Shown: piece after piece, positions 48,770 to 59,984 of the stretch
Position numbering within the stretch: position 1 is the first letter of the stretch
Layout of the letters: every line of letters starts with the position of its first letter
Assembly (NCBI GenBank): GCA_028023455.1
Contig: JAQFVV010000006.1
Span: forward strand, 8,060,001 to 8,124,000
Direction: 5' to 3'
Length of the DNA: 64,000 bases
Origin: Epiperipatus broadwayi
Taxonomy: Eukaryota; Animalia; Onychophora
Notes under the pieces: generated by a model
Database searches by the model: none
What the model saw: only the letters and a program-made list of their open reading frames with translations
What the model was told of the DNA's origin: nothing
Program-made: the position numbers and the translations under genes

Positions 48770-51100
48770 TCAAACCACAACACCTATTAACGACCATATT
48801 TGGTCTGTTAACTTTCTCTGGCAGAATTTCTTATCGCTAGCTTTGAACTTGTGCAATGATTCCAAAATCATCTTTAATGGATCAATGTCTGTCCCTTTTT
48901 CGAAAATCAATCTATTCCTGAGAATCCAAATGCTAAAGTTAATAAACGTAGCAAGTCTGATCTGTCCAAAAAATCCTTTCTTGAATGCCTGAATTAAATC
49001 CACACAGGCAGTCTCTTTGTTTGCAATGAAAGACTTTAAAATGTTGTGCAAATTAACCCATGTTTCACATTCTTTCAATATATGTTCCACTGTTTCTTCT
49101 TGTTTTCTACACATTGAACAGACAGGGTCCATACCATAGCTTCATCGATAGTGCAAGAAGAGAGCCATGGGCAAGGCCCCGAGGTTGACCTTGATGAGAA
49201 AATCCAACTAATCTAGGCTCCAATTTTAGTCGCTTAGTCAACTGTGAGAACCTTAGAATTCCTATTGTAATTATATTTTCAATATATGGATTGTTAGGAT
49301 TTATAGCATTATATGTGCTCCAATAATTTATCTTATTTTGAAATAGTGTTGAGGCAACACTGGTCTTGAAGCTATCAAGTACCAGCCTCACCTGTTGTTG
49401 GATCCAGAGTTTACTCAATTTTGATAGGAGGCCGATCCATAGGAATAATTTCTTGAGGCAGGATTAGACCTTCCCTCTCTGGATTATTAGTAAAAAGTTT
49501 GCATATAATATTGTGCATGCTTTGCACTAAAAATGTCCTAATCGAGTGTAGACCTAATCCATTTTGTTGTCTAGGTCTTTGCAGGAGGCTTAGGCTGATG
49601 ACAAGAGCCTTTCCCCTCAACATAATTTCCTACATTGGGTTTCAACATTCCTTATGAAGGCTTTCGTTGGAGAAAACCCCGCAAGGAAATATGTTATTTT
49701 TGGAAGCATGACTGCAATCATCAATGCTACTTTCCCAAATAAAGACAAGTAGACTTTTCTCAGGGAGGCGACAAATTTTCCTATTTTAATTAATAAAACA
49801 TCTTGGATTTCTTTCCTCATTTTAAAAGGAGGGAAGCAAGATGAAATCCCAGAAACTTCTGAGAGGGAGTCTTAAACCTGCCAGGAATTTGCTTTCTGGT
49901 CCTAATTGACCATATGGCCGATTTCTCATCATTGACCCTTAGACTGAATTCTAATTCAAATCGGTCCAAGAGCTCTTCCAGCTTTGCAATCTCCTCCAGT
50001 AAAGAGAGAAACACCACCACATCATCCATATAGGAAATGTGATGGATGTTCTCCTTCAGCAAAGGAATGGATATCCCTTTAAGAGATACCTTGATGCTTA
50101 ACAGAAAGGGATTCACATAAGCTGCAAATAGGAGCACACTCAGATGTGAGCCCTGTGGAACGGAGACATAGGGCTGAAAACCTGGAGAGACTCATCCATC
50201 CAGAGAAACTACATGATTTTGCAGAAATTTCTCTATCATCTGGAGGTATGCTGGAGGTACTTTGAGTCCTTCCAAAACCCTCAAGAGTACGCCAACTCTG
50301 ACACAATCAAAAGCTGCAGCAAAGTCAAGCTGAACTGCAACTGGCAGAGACATCTTTTTCAAGCGTACATGTTCTACCAGAAGATGAAATCGACTTACCG
50401 CATCAGCCATCAAACTCCCCCTCTTGGAAAACTGATAGGCAGACAGCTGTTATCTAGTAAATCAACCTTAATCAGGCCCTCAACTGTCTTTTATCATTAG
50501 AGGCATCATTGATATAGGCCTAAAATTCCCCAGGTCCTGAGGGCCCTCCAGCTTTTTGACCAAGGGAACCATAGCTATCGGGTTGATCCCTGGAAGTTCC
50601 TGGCTGCCATCAAGCAACAAATCTGCCATTTCCTTTATAATGGGTGCTGCAAATATGCACTCACATGAAGTGAGAGGAATCTGGGAATTCCATGCAAACC
50701 AGGATGTGTCTTCTCAGGCATCAATTTAATCCTTTGAATAATCTTACTTTTCATAATTTTGTGTGTTGGTGATTTCTCTACATTAAAAGTTTCTCTAGTA
50801 ATTATTGTTTCTGGAGGTTGGAACTTTTCTGCATAATAATCACGAATTTTGATAAGCATGGAAGTCCCAGCATATAGCTTGCCATCCATCTCAATCATCC
50901 ATGGTGCATTTGCATTCCTGCCAGAACCAAGGACCCACCCAAGGTAGCCCCTAGCGCAACAGTGCTGGTGGTGAATAAATTGCTGTGTCCTCTTGATTGA
51001 GAGGTACTCAGCAATTGCCCTCTGTGAAGCTTTATATCTTGTATCAATTCGATAATCAAGTCAATGTTTTGGGCTTCAAGAGGCAAACCAATCAATTTAC
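48770..51100 (-). mobile_element. Frameshifted L1/Tx1-like LINE ORF2 remnant (RT plus C-terminal CCHC zinc knuckle)
   Basis: Successive minus-strand frames: KTHPGLHGIP, LDFAAAFDCV, LLFAAYVNP, YMDD, KFLG, LSLFGK...LPKITY, P...NGLGL, CSMC...ETVEHILKEC. Confidence 0.85.
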
Positions 51101-52349
51101 TGACATTTTATCCATTTCTCCCAATGTGTATTGAAAAAAAATGAGGCTCGGAAAAACAAAATTTTGGAAGAGTACAGATTTATGAAATGAGGTTAAATTT
51201 TTGTTTCCAATGAAATGAGTTGTGACTGCTCATTAGCATATATATGAAGTTTTCTGTCAGAAGGCAGAATGAGGTTAATAGGCAATAGAATACTAAAACT
51301 CTTTCATTACTTTCCACTGTCTTAACATCAACTATTTTAATATCCTTATATTAAAACCATATCATAATTAATGAGCCTACACCATTAAAAATTAAAACCA
51401 AATAAACATCATGTAACACCAAGTTCTTTTGTTCTCGCAACATTTATACTATCTAGTGCATTTAGATCCAAACTATCCAAGTGCATTCTTCCAAAATCAA
51501 GAGCTTTTCACTAATAAAAGTCATAAGCTAGAAATTAAACAGAATATTGGATATGACAGCCCTAAGTACTATTAATAGCCAACACCTATTGATTATTAAA
51601 ATTTACACTAGGTGGCATAAGTGCGGTGAGGAAAAAAACCACTAAAATTATACTGCAATTTTCAAGATGGCTATGATTATGAGGCGCGGAACCTCAAAAG
51701 TGCTCAGTGTTAACTGAGTGATTAATATTTTTCAAATGTATAGCTTCTGCAACTTGCACAGTATATGTGCTTTGAAGATTAAAGCTTGCTAAATAGCTTT
51801 ACTCCATTTTGTTTTATTAATCATACTTGTTCAATATTTGTTTTAGATAGGCTGAAAAGTATTACATATCACATAAATAATTCATTTGCTTATTTTTTGA
51901 TTTGTTAAAAAAAAAAGAATTGATTCATTTTATCTATTGTTTTAGATAAAATATCCATCCATCTTAAGTTACTACTAATTTGCAGCTTTTTAAAAAACAT
52001 ATCCAACCAGATTTTTGGAATATATATAGACAATTTATTTTTTATTTACACATGCTTGGTATCTGCTGTTTCTGTTTATTTAGAATATATTCATATTAGC
52101 AACAAATGTGAAATATATATTAGCAAGTATATACATATGGTGAAAATGTTTCTTTACTCGATAAATATATTTATAACTAGTAGTTAATGAGTTAACTTAA
52201 AAACAAAATGATTTTCTAATTAATTATAAAATTTTTATATCTTAATTGTTATAAAAAAAGACATTAAAAATTTATAAATAATAACTTAGCCTTGAAAATG
52301 GATTTTGAAATTTATTAGTAATCATCTTTAACATTACTAAGATCATTAC

Positions 52350-52687
52350 TAATACACTGTACAGGCTTACGCACACCTACACATATATAATATATATAAT
52401 GTAATATATAAGGGAATCGAACTCACACTTTCACATGACCCTCATCTCTCCATGCCATCTCATGTTGCTGACCCACCTGATCATACACATGTTGAAAAGA
52501 TAAATAATCACCACTATATGTATTTCATGCTAAACCAGCAATCATCAGTTGGTCCAGATTACTATCTCCACACATATATACAATCAGTGTTCATCTTTAT
52601 ATTAAGATAGCCAATCTTCATACTTTAATGGATAGGCTTCAAACTACTCCAACCCACAACTCTTCAGCCATCCATTTCATTGAAAAT
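52350..52687 (-). mobile_element. Family A repeat with hammerhead at 52510-52553
   Basis: Reverse: ACCAA-CTGATGA-TTGCTGGTTTAGCAT-GAAA-TACATAT-A-GTGGT; B box and 3' end present. Confidence 0.85.
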
Positions 52688-52894
52688 TATAAATTGTTTT
52701 TATAATTTTATTTTGAATTAAGCATTTTATTTTATTTAAATTCATTTTTTTTATGAATTATTATATTCTATTTCTTTAAAAAAAAGTTAATAATATTAGT
52801 AAAAAAAAATCATGAACATGAAATTAATATTCTGTCTCTACTTAAGTTTCTATGACAACAAAAAAAAAAAGAAAAATTCAGATAAGTATTTCTA

Positions 52895-53018
52895 ATGGAT
52901 GGATGAAATAAGAAAGTGTGCAGGGGTGATGTGGAGAAGACAAGCTAAAGATCGGAGATGGTTTGAACTTGGCGAGACTTTTATCCTGCAGTGGATTGAT
53001 AATGGTTGATGATGATTA
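52895..53018 (+). mobile_element. RTE LINE 3'-terminal fragment with (TGA)n tail
   Basis: Matches 38725-38853. Confidence 0.85.
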
Positions 53019-53039
53019 TTATATGAATTAATTGTAGTG

Positions 53040-53582
53040 GTATGTGAATCACGTAGATACGAGTACACATACGATGAATTAGGAAAAGGCAAAATATTGA
53101 GCAGAGGGAAAAGCACACAAAAAAAAACATAAAGAAGCTGATCACATGACAATGGCAAACAATTTCATGCTTGGAAATCATTTATTAACTTTAACAATTA
53201 AGCAAAAAAAGTGCAGAAATCAGAAGGAACCCCTAGATAAGTATATTAAAGTTCTACTAAATGTTGCTTTCGATAGCATAGACTACTTGATTAGAGCATT
53301 GCTTAAGTTCAATATTCAATACTCTTGCTAGTAATTTTTATCGTAGAAAAAAATACTCTTGCTAGTACTGTTAGTAGTCAGGCCAGCAACAGTTGAAGAA
53401 GAGAGAAGAATAAAATCACCTAAGACACTGTGTTACATTAATGTGTTATTAGCAGCAGTTGAATATATTTAAAAAGTTTAAATATGAATTTTTTGAAAAA
53501 TGTTCAACAATTAATATTGGATGATGAAAAGTGCCCAAAATATAATTGTAAATAACAATACCATCACCACAATCTTTCAAAC
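53040..53582 (+). mobile_element. Old family B (Penelope-like) pseudo-LTR copy including the tail extension
   Basis: AAAGAAGCTGATCACATGACAATGGC, GCTAGTACTGT...CAGGCCAGCAACAG, degenerate TTGAAGAAGAGAG hammerhead, AATACCATCACCACAATCTT tail. Confidence 0.7.
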
Positions 53583-53689
53583 AAACTCTAAGTAAGCTGA
53601 CTTGTTTTAAATATTTTCATTTTCTTTTAAATTGCAATGTCAATTATTAATAATTTGTTAAGGCATACTCATCACCTAAGTAATATGTA

Positions 53690-54340
53690 TTAAGGCTATG
53701 CATCTAGATGCAACAATAGGGACCTCTACAAATCTTAGCACAAGATTATCTTCCACCTACTTTTCAATGATATAGGCGAATCTAGAGCATTTTGATTTGA
53801 GAGTGTGAAGCTATTAACCATTTCGCTGATTACATCCACAAATTCTATACAAGCTAATATGCAAAATCTTTCGATTTACAGTGAGTCAGTATAAAGCTCT
53901 TATAATTAGAAATCTTTTAAGACAATTTAAAGTTGTAATTAATCTTGTGTTAAGATTTGTAGAGGTCTCTGCTGTCACATCTAGGTGTATAGTCTTAAGG
54001 TTATAGCCTTAATGTATATATTACTTAGGTAATGAGTATGCGCTTAACAAATTATTAATTACAACTTTAAATTGTCTTAAAAGATTTCTAATTATAAGAG
54101 CTTCATACTCACTCACTGTGAATCAAAAGATTTCATATATGTTAGCTTGTATAGAAATTGTGGACTTCATCAGTGAAGTAGTCAATAGCTTTATGCTCTC
54201 AAATCAACATACTTTAGATTTGCCTATATGATTAAAAAGTAGGTCGAAGATAAGAGTGGCTGCTCATCTTTTAAAATTGTTATTCATTTAAGATTTGTAG
54301 AGGTCCCTACTGTCACACCTAGGCGTATAGCCTTAATGTC
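53690..54340. repeat. Family I repeat cluster (inverted plus ~339 bp-period direct copies)
   Basis: TTGTAGAGGTC at ~53957 and ~54296; reverse-complement pieces at 53690-53935. Confidence 0.75.
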
Positions 54341-55963
54341 ATTTATTATTATTTTTTAAAATCTATAGCATGAAGTATACAACTTTAAGTCACAACCATT
54401 TTCAATCAATATCAATTCACTGTGGGATGGCTTCTCTAAGTTTGAATTAATATTCGTCAATTCTTTAAAAATAAAAATCATAGTTTTGTATGTCTTAAAC
54501 TCAGACACATAAGCCAATAAACTCACCAATGCTGGCTGATGACCCCATTCCATGTTCATCTACCACCTGTATAATCATAGTGCTATAACAACCACTTTGA
54601 TAAAAATGTAAAGACTGAATATTAGGAGTTTGCCTAGTTTGAGTTAGTTTAAGACCTCAAAGAGAAATCACTTTCATTTACAATGCAAAATCTGCTATGG
54701 GGCATTATTTTATATTTATTTGCTAAATATTTGAAGTACAGGCACTCTTCACATACTTGGAGCCTAATTGTAAATATAAGAGATTTGAACATGATCCTTT
54801 CATAATACAGGATAGAAAAGTTTCCTATATGTACACATACACTATGGCTTAAATTTAAAAACTCTCTAGTAAATCATATTAGATAATATATAAACTGACA
54901 AGCTGAAAATTAGGTATACTAAATTTGAAAAATCTCTTGATAAATGGAAATGTGATCAAAGCTTTTCTATTTTTACATCTGCAAAAAGCAAGCATTTTCT
55001 TTCATTAATTACTGATTAATATTAATTACCAATCAAATAAATTATAAATCTCAAAAATATACATTTTACTGGCATCTCCCTCTTTTCCATTAGATACATA
55101 AATTATACCAATCATTTGATTTTGAAAAATAAATATATTTATTTACACAAATAAAATTATTTCTAAGACAAAACATTAAGAAAAGGCAAGAACTAATGAA
55201 GATAAATCATTAACCTACAATTCTGCAAACTATTTTTATATTTTAACATTAAAAAAATCCATCAATACCAATTTATTTTAAGTCTAGGTGCATCAGAGCG
55301 CAGGATGAATAGCGTATTACTGAACGATAAAGAATACAACTCCGCAGGATAATATTTTCATTAAGAGAATATTTTTAAGTAATAGTTCATTTCAACAAAA
55401 ATTTTTATTAACAATAAATAGTGATTACATACTAATAAAGGATAGATAAATGAATAAATTGTACAATAATATGATTGTATAATGTTCTATTTGTCATCTG
55501 GCTAGATTTTGTTATGAGAGTACAATTGTTATACTCTTATGTGGTTAGGTATAGTGATGAGATTCTAAGAACTTGTTTAATGGAATAAGCATTTTTAATA
55601 TAAACATGCATATTTTCTTTTAGAATTTCCTATTGATTAATTCAATAAAATAAAAACTTCACTCAATTAAACATCCTAAAATAAATACTCTTGCAATTGT
55701 CTGAAGTTAAATAATTTCGGAATCTTTTTCTTTCTTTATTTTTTTAAAAAAGTGCACTTAAACATTTACAAAAAATAAAAATATTTTAATTAACCTGTTC
55801 ATTGAGTATAAGGAATGTTTACTGTAGTAAATAGAGGCATTTAAACTAAGAATTTTCAAACTATATTCATCATCAACTCCATGACCATACACGTGAAAAA
55901 AATTGCTGTACCCACAACTATGACTGGCCGACCAGCAAATGAATATATATGTAAAAAACTCAC

Positions 55964-56412
55964 AATATTTTAAATAATCAGAATGGCGAATAGTCTGCAA
56001 CAACACAAACTCAACAGTTCACTAAGGTTCAATTCCGTTGATGTACATTCAGGCTGGCTGCTACAAAAACGGTTCACAATGGGCTCATTTACGCACTCCT
56101 TGGCCCCAGTCCAGTTAAGCTGCACACGAACGCATCGTAATGTAGCACTGCGACCGACTATAAGCTCCTTACGGCTTCCGTCTCTGCAACACTCCACCAG
56201 TAACTCCACTTGAAAACCGCTGGAAACTCAACTCTTCATTCAGCTGCTATCCGGACGGTTTCCTCAGGCTACGGTCTCCCAATCTCTGTGGGCCCTTTCA
56301 GCTATACCCGTGAACTACATTTCCACTGAGCGCTGGACATTAACCGAAGCACTGACATGAGATCTCTCCTACCGGAATTGAACAGGAAAGTCAACTGGAG
56401 ATGCACTCGAAT
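55964..56412 (-). other. Candidate first (5' UTR) exon of a minus-strand host gene
   Basis: GC/CpG-rich unique block; GTGAGT donor on the minus strand at 55963-55958; TATA-like motifs ~20-35 nt upstream of its right edge. Confidence 0.5.
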
Positions 56413-56416
56413 GGCC

Positions 56417-56446
56417 TGACGTCCTTGTTATATACTGTTTTTATAG
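56417..56446 (-). promoter_or_regulatory. TATA-box candidates and CRE-like site
   Basis: Minus strand CTATAAAA (56446-56439), TATATAA (56434-56428); TGACGTC at 56417-56423. Confidence 0.45.
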
Positions 56447-56696
56447 CCTTCTGATAACGGCTACAATTAATTACCTTCTCCAATAAGCTAAGGTCTCTTA
56501 TCTTGAAATATTTGCAATCAGCAAATATTTCTTAGAATTTTATCGATCGCCATTGCATTAATTCTTTAATTAAATTTTTCAGTTATCAGTACGCGATCTA
56601 AAAACAATCTCTCGAATAAATTCTAGTTTTTCTGGAGTGCACTAACTTACATGCAATTTTTACGAAAATACAACATAAATGTGCCACAATAACTAG

Positions 56697-56955
56697 TAAT
56701 CATCAGTTGGGCCAGATCACAATCTCCCAAACATATATACAATCAGTGCTCTGCCTACATTAAGATAGCAATGCCTTAAACTTTAATGGATAGGCTTCAA
56801 TCTTCTCATTCTTCCAACAATTCAACCATCCATTCCATTGGAAAACCGATGATGGAGTGCTCAAATCCCTTGATGGATTTGATATTGCAGTCATACTCAT
56901 GTAGACATTACATCAATCTAACCCCTCATATTATCGAGCCATTATGTATCCATTT
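56697..56955 (-). mobile_element. Diverged family A fragment (upstream half, ending at CTGATGA)
   Basis: ATCATCAGTTGGGCCAGATCACAATCTCCCAAACATATATACAATCAGTGCTC aligns to family A. Confidence 0.7.
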
Positions 56956-56957
56956 AT

Positions 56958-57916
56958 ATGCAACAGCAACAATTAGATTACATAATGATACTGGAAAAAT
57001 CAATATTGAGAAAGGTGTAAGACAAGGTGATTCCATATCTCCAAAACTCTTTACAGCAGTGCTGCAAGAAGTATTTTGTGGATTAAAATGGGAAACTAAA
57101 GGAGTGAAAGTAAATGGAGAGTATTTAAGTCATTTAGATTTCGCAGATGATGTAGTTGTTTTTGCAAATAATGCTTCAGAGCTGCAGGAAATGTTGCAGG
57201 AGTTAACAGATGAAAGTAGAAAAGTAGGACTAAAGATAAATGTTAAAAAGACTAAAGTAATGTTTAATCGATTTGCTCAAAATATGAAAATAAAGATTGA
57301 TTATGAAGAATTAGAAGAAGTTAACAGTTACAAATATCTTGGTCAGATTATTAATACAGATGGAAACATAGTGGAGGAAATTAATCATAGAATTAAACTT
57401 GGTTGGAGTGCTTTTGGTAGAAATAACTTGATACTAAAAGGAAATATGCCTATGTGTTTGAAAAGGATGGTTTTTAACAAATGTGTTTTACCAGTTCTTA
57501 CTTATGGATCTGAGACTTGGACACTTAATAGAAGAGCAATACAGAGACTTCAGACCACTCAAAGAAGTATGGAGAGGTGTATGTTGGGAGTAACAAGAAG
57601 AGATCGAAAACGCAATGTATGGGTAAGACAACAAACAGGTGTTACTGACCTTATTGAAAAAATTAAAAGATTGAAATGGAGTTGGGCTGGACATATTGCT
57701 AGAAGAGATGATAATAGATGGACAATTGAAATTTTAAACTGGATTCCAAGAGATTGTAAAAGACCCAGAAAGAGACCACATGTGAGATGGATGGATGAAA
57801 TAAGAAAATGTGCAGGGGGGTTGTGGAGAAGAGAAGCTAAAGATCGGAGAAGATGGATTAAACTTGGAGAGACCTTCATCCTGCAGTGGATTGATAATGG
57901 TTGTTGATGATGATGA
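56958..57916 (+). mobile_element. 5'-truncated young RTE copy (RT domain, open frame to 57907)
   Basis: ~95% amino-acid identity by eye to 37899-38844, no stops, (TGA)n tail. The first ~57 codons of the called ORF 56786-57907 are flanking non-RTE sequence. Confidence 0.93.
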
Positions 57917-57929
57917 TATTAACAAGAGA

Positions 57930-58035
57930 GGGATATTGGGGGTCATTTATCCTTTTCACATGTGTATGATCATGTTTATTGGATGTTTGAGATCGAGTCG
58001 AGCATGAATATAGACTGAAAATCCTAAATTCAAAT
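57930..58035 (+). mobile_element. Diverged family A fragment (downstream half after the hammerhead)
   Basis: ATATTGGGGGTCATTTATCCTTTTCACATGTGTATGATCATG matches the post-cleavage part of family A. Confidence 0.55.
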
Positions 58036-59828
58036 TCTTCAATTTAAAAATATTTTAAATTTAAAAAAAGAGAGACAATCATTCATTTTTACAAATATTA
58101 TTTATTTATTTTGTTGACAAAAATAAAAGGAACTGATCTAAAAATGAAATTTTTTTATTTACTTATTACAAAAATATTTTCAGGGGAAAAAAAAAGGTTA
58201 AATAATAGACAAATATTCATTCTATTGGGTACTTGCGAAAAATGAGTAAACGAAAATTGTGAACTTTAACAAAAGGAAACACAGAAATAAAGGGTCGTCC
58301 AAAAGTTACTTTACCATTGGAAAAAAGTAATTCGATATTTTATAGTTCCGGTGGTCCCATTACATTGGAGCAGTGGAAATGACAGAACTAAGCTGCAATA
58401 CATGGAGTTTAAGTTCTGAGTTCGAACTACGTGGTTCTTTATGATACTGCATTATTTTATTAATACAGTTAGATGATTTTCTTTTTTAAAAATAGGCAAA
58501 TGAAAAAAAATATATAAGAAAAAACAACATTACAACAATATAATTTCAAGCACAGTTTTCCTTATTAATTCTTAATCAGAAGGTAATCAGCCAATGGCAT
58601 CCACTGTTTGATCATATTACTAAGTCATCAATGTCACAGTGAGTATGCAGGACCTCTCAATCTCAAATGCAAGATAAAGACTTTTAAAAGATAAGGACAA
58701 TTGTCTTATCTTTGTACCTAAATGCAATTATGTAAGCTAATCTAAAGTATATATCCATCTGCTATATGTATTAAAAAAAAATTAGTAACTTAAACATAAT
58801 AATCCATTATATTTTCTCTACTCCAAAGACATCAATTACAAGTTCGAGTTATCAGAGAACATTAGATGATAATGACAATCAAACTACCAAATTAAAATCT
58901 GGCAACTGATTTTAATGTATAAATATTGGACTTGCAAGCAAACACATCTTTATTCCTTTCATAGTTTTCAACCTCAGAATCAGGTCTGACACTACATGCA
59001 AAATGCTGGATAGTTATATGCTAACAGTTGGCACCTTTGCCTTAATATCAATAAAAGGAAAATACCAAAACCACATCATGCAATTTTCCTACTTTATTTT
59101 CAACATCCTGTAGTAAGTGCATTTACTACTATGTAGTATTGATTGGACTGAATTACTGTTTCTAGGGTTAGTGTTTAATGAAGGTGAAGAAGGACATAAA
59201 ATGTGGCTTGTTGTATGATGAGAAATTTGATATGTTGCACGCATAAAAAATTTTCTTGTGAAGAGTTCCTTTACTGCTTTGATTCTGCATACTGAATGTA
59301 TATATAAAACATCCTGTGTAATTTATGCAGTGGTAGTGGCATATTTTGGAGCTTGTGGTCTACGTATCATAGCCCAGTTATTTCCTATAGCTTAACTTTT
59401 TATGAATTCCCAAGAAATAAATTGTCTACTTATTTTAATAACAAAATACACATGATCATCTAGTCAAAAGGTAAAATAACAAATCTAAATACATTCCTTC
59501 TAACTATTTGAAAGCCATTGTAAGTTATACTACCATGAAGTAAATTTGCTTTACTTGACTGCTTGTAATGTGGCAGCTGATTCATTGAAATTTTGTTTTC
59601 TTTTTAAAATTGTGGGAAAACTATACGCATGACATTTACAAAAATCCCAGAAGTCTATGCTGCTTGATTTCTTTTTTAAAATGGCATATTGCATGTTGAA
59701 ATTGGACAAAACTTGAATTTTTTATTAATATTTTTTCAATAGGTTCATTTAATTTTTTTCTTTTCTGCCCGGTTTACTAGATTGCACGAAGAAGACAAAG
59801 GCAGAATTTCTTTATCGTCCAGACTCGT

Positions 59829-59984
59829 TATTAAAATGGATTGAAAAATGCACTGATTTGCATTTCAAGATTTTCATCCTCATTACTAAAATGGATTGAT
59901 GATTTGCATTTCAAGATCTTCATCCTCATTACTAAAATGGATTGAAAAATGCAGTGATGATTTGCATTTCAAGATCTTCATCCT
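59829..59984. repeat. Minisatellite, three copies of a 45-58 bp unit
   Basis: TTACTAAAATGGATTGA...GATTTGCATTTCAAGATCTTCATCCT repeated three times. Confidence 0.85.

Noticed and set aside
54125-54180. CTGATGA...GAAA on the minus strand of family I
   Set aside because: No pairing stem II or stem I, and other copies read CTGATTA.
56786-56957. N-terminal extension of the 373-aa ORF as a novel RT fusion protein
   Set aside because: It is the antisense strand of a diverged family A fragment that happens to be stop-free upstream of a 5'-truncated RTE.
59829-59984. CRISPR-like array
   Set aside because: The units are contiguous near-identical repeats without unique spacers, in eukaryotic context with no cas genes; it is a minisatellite.
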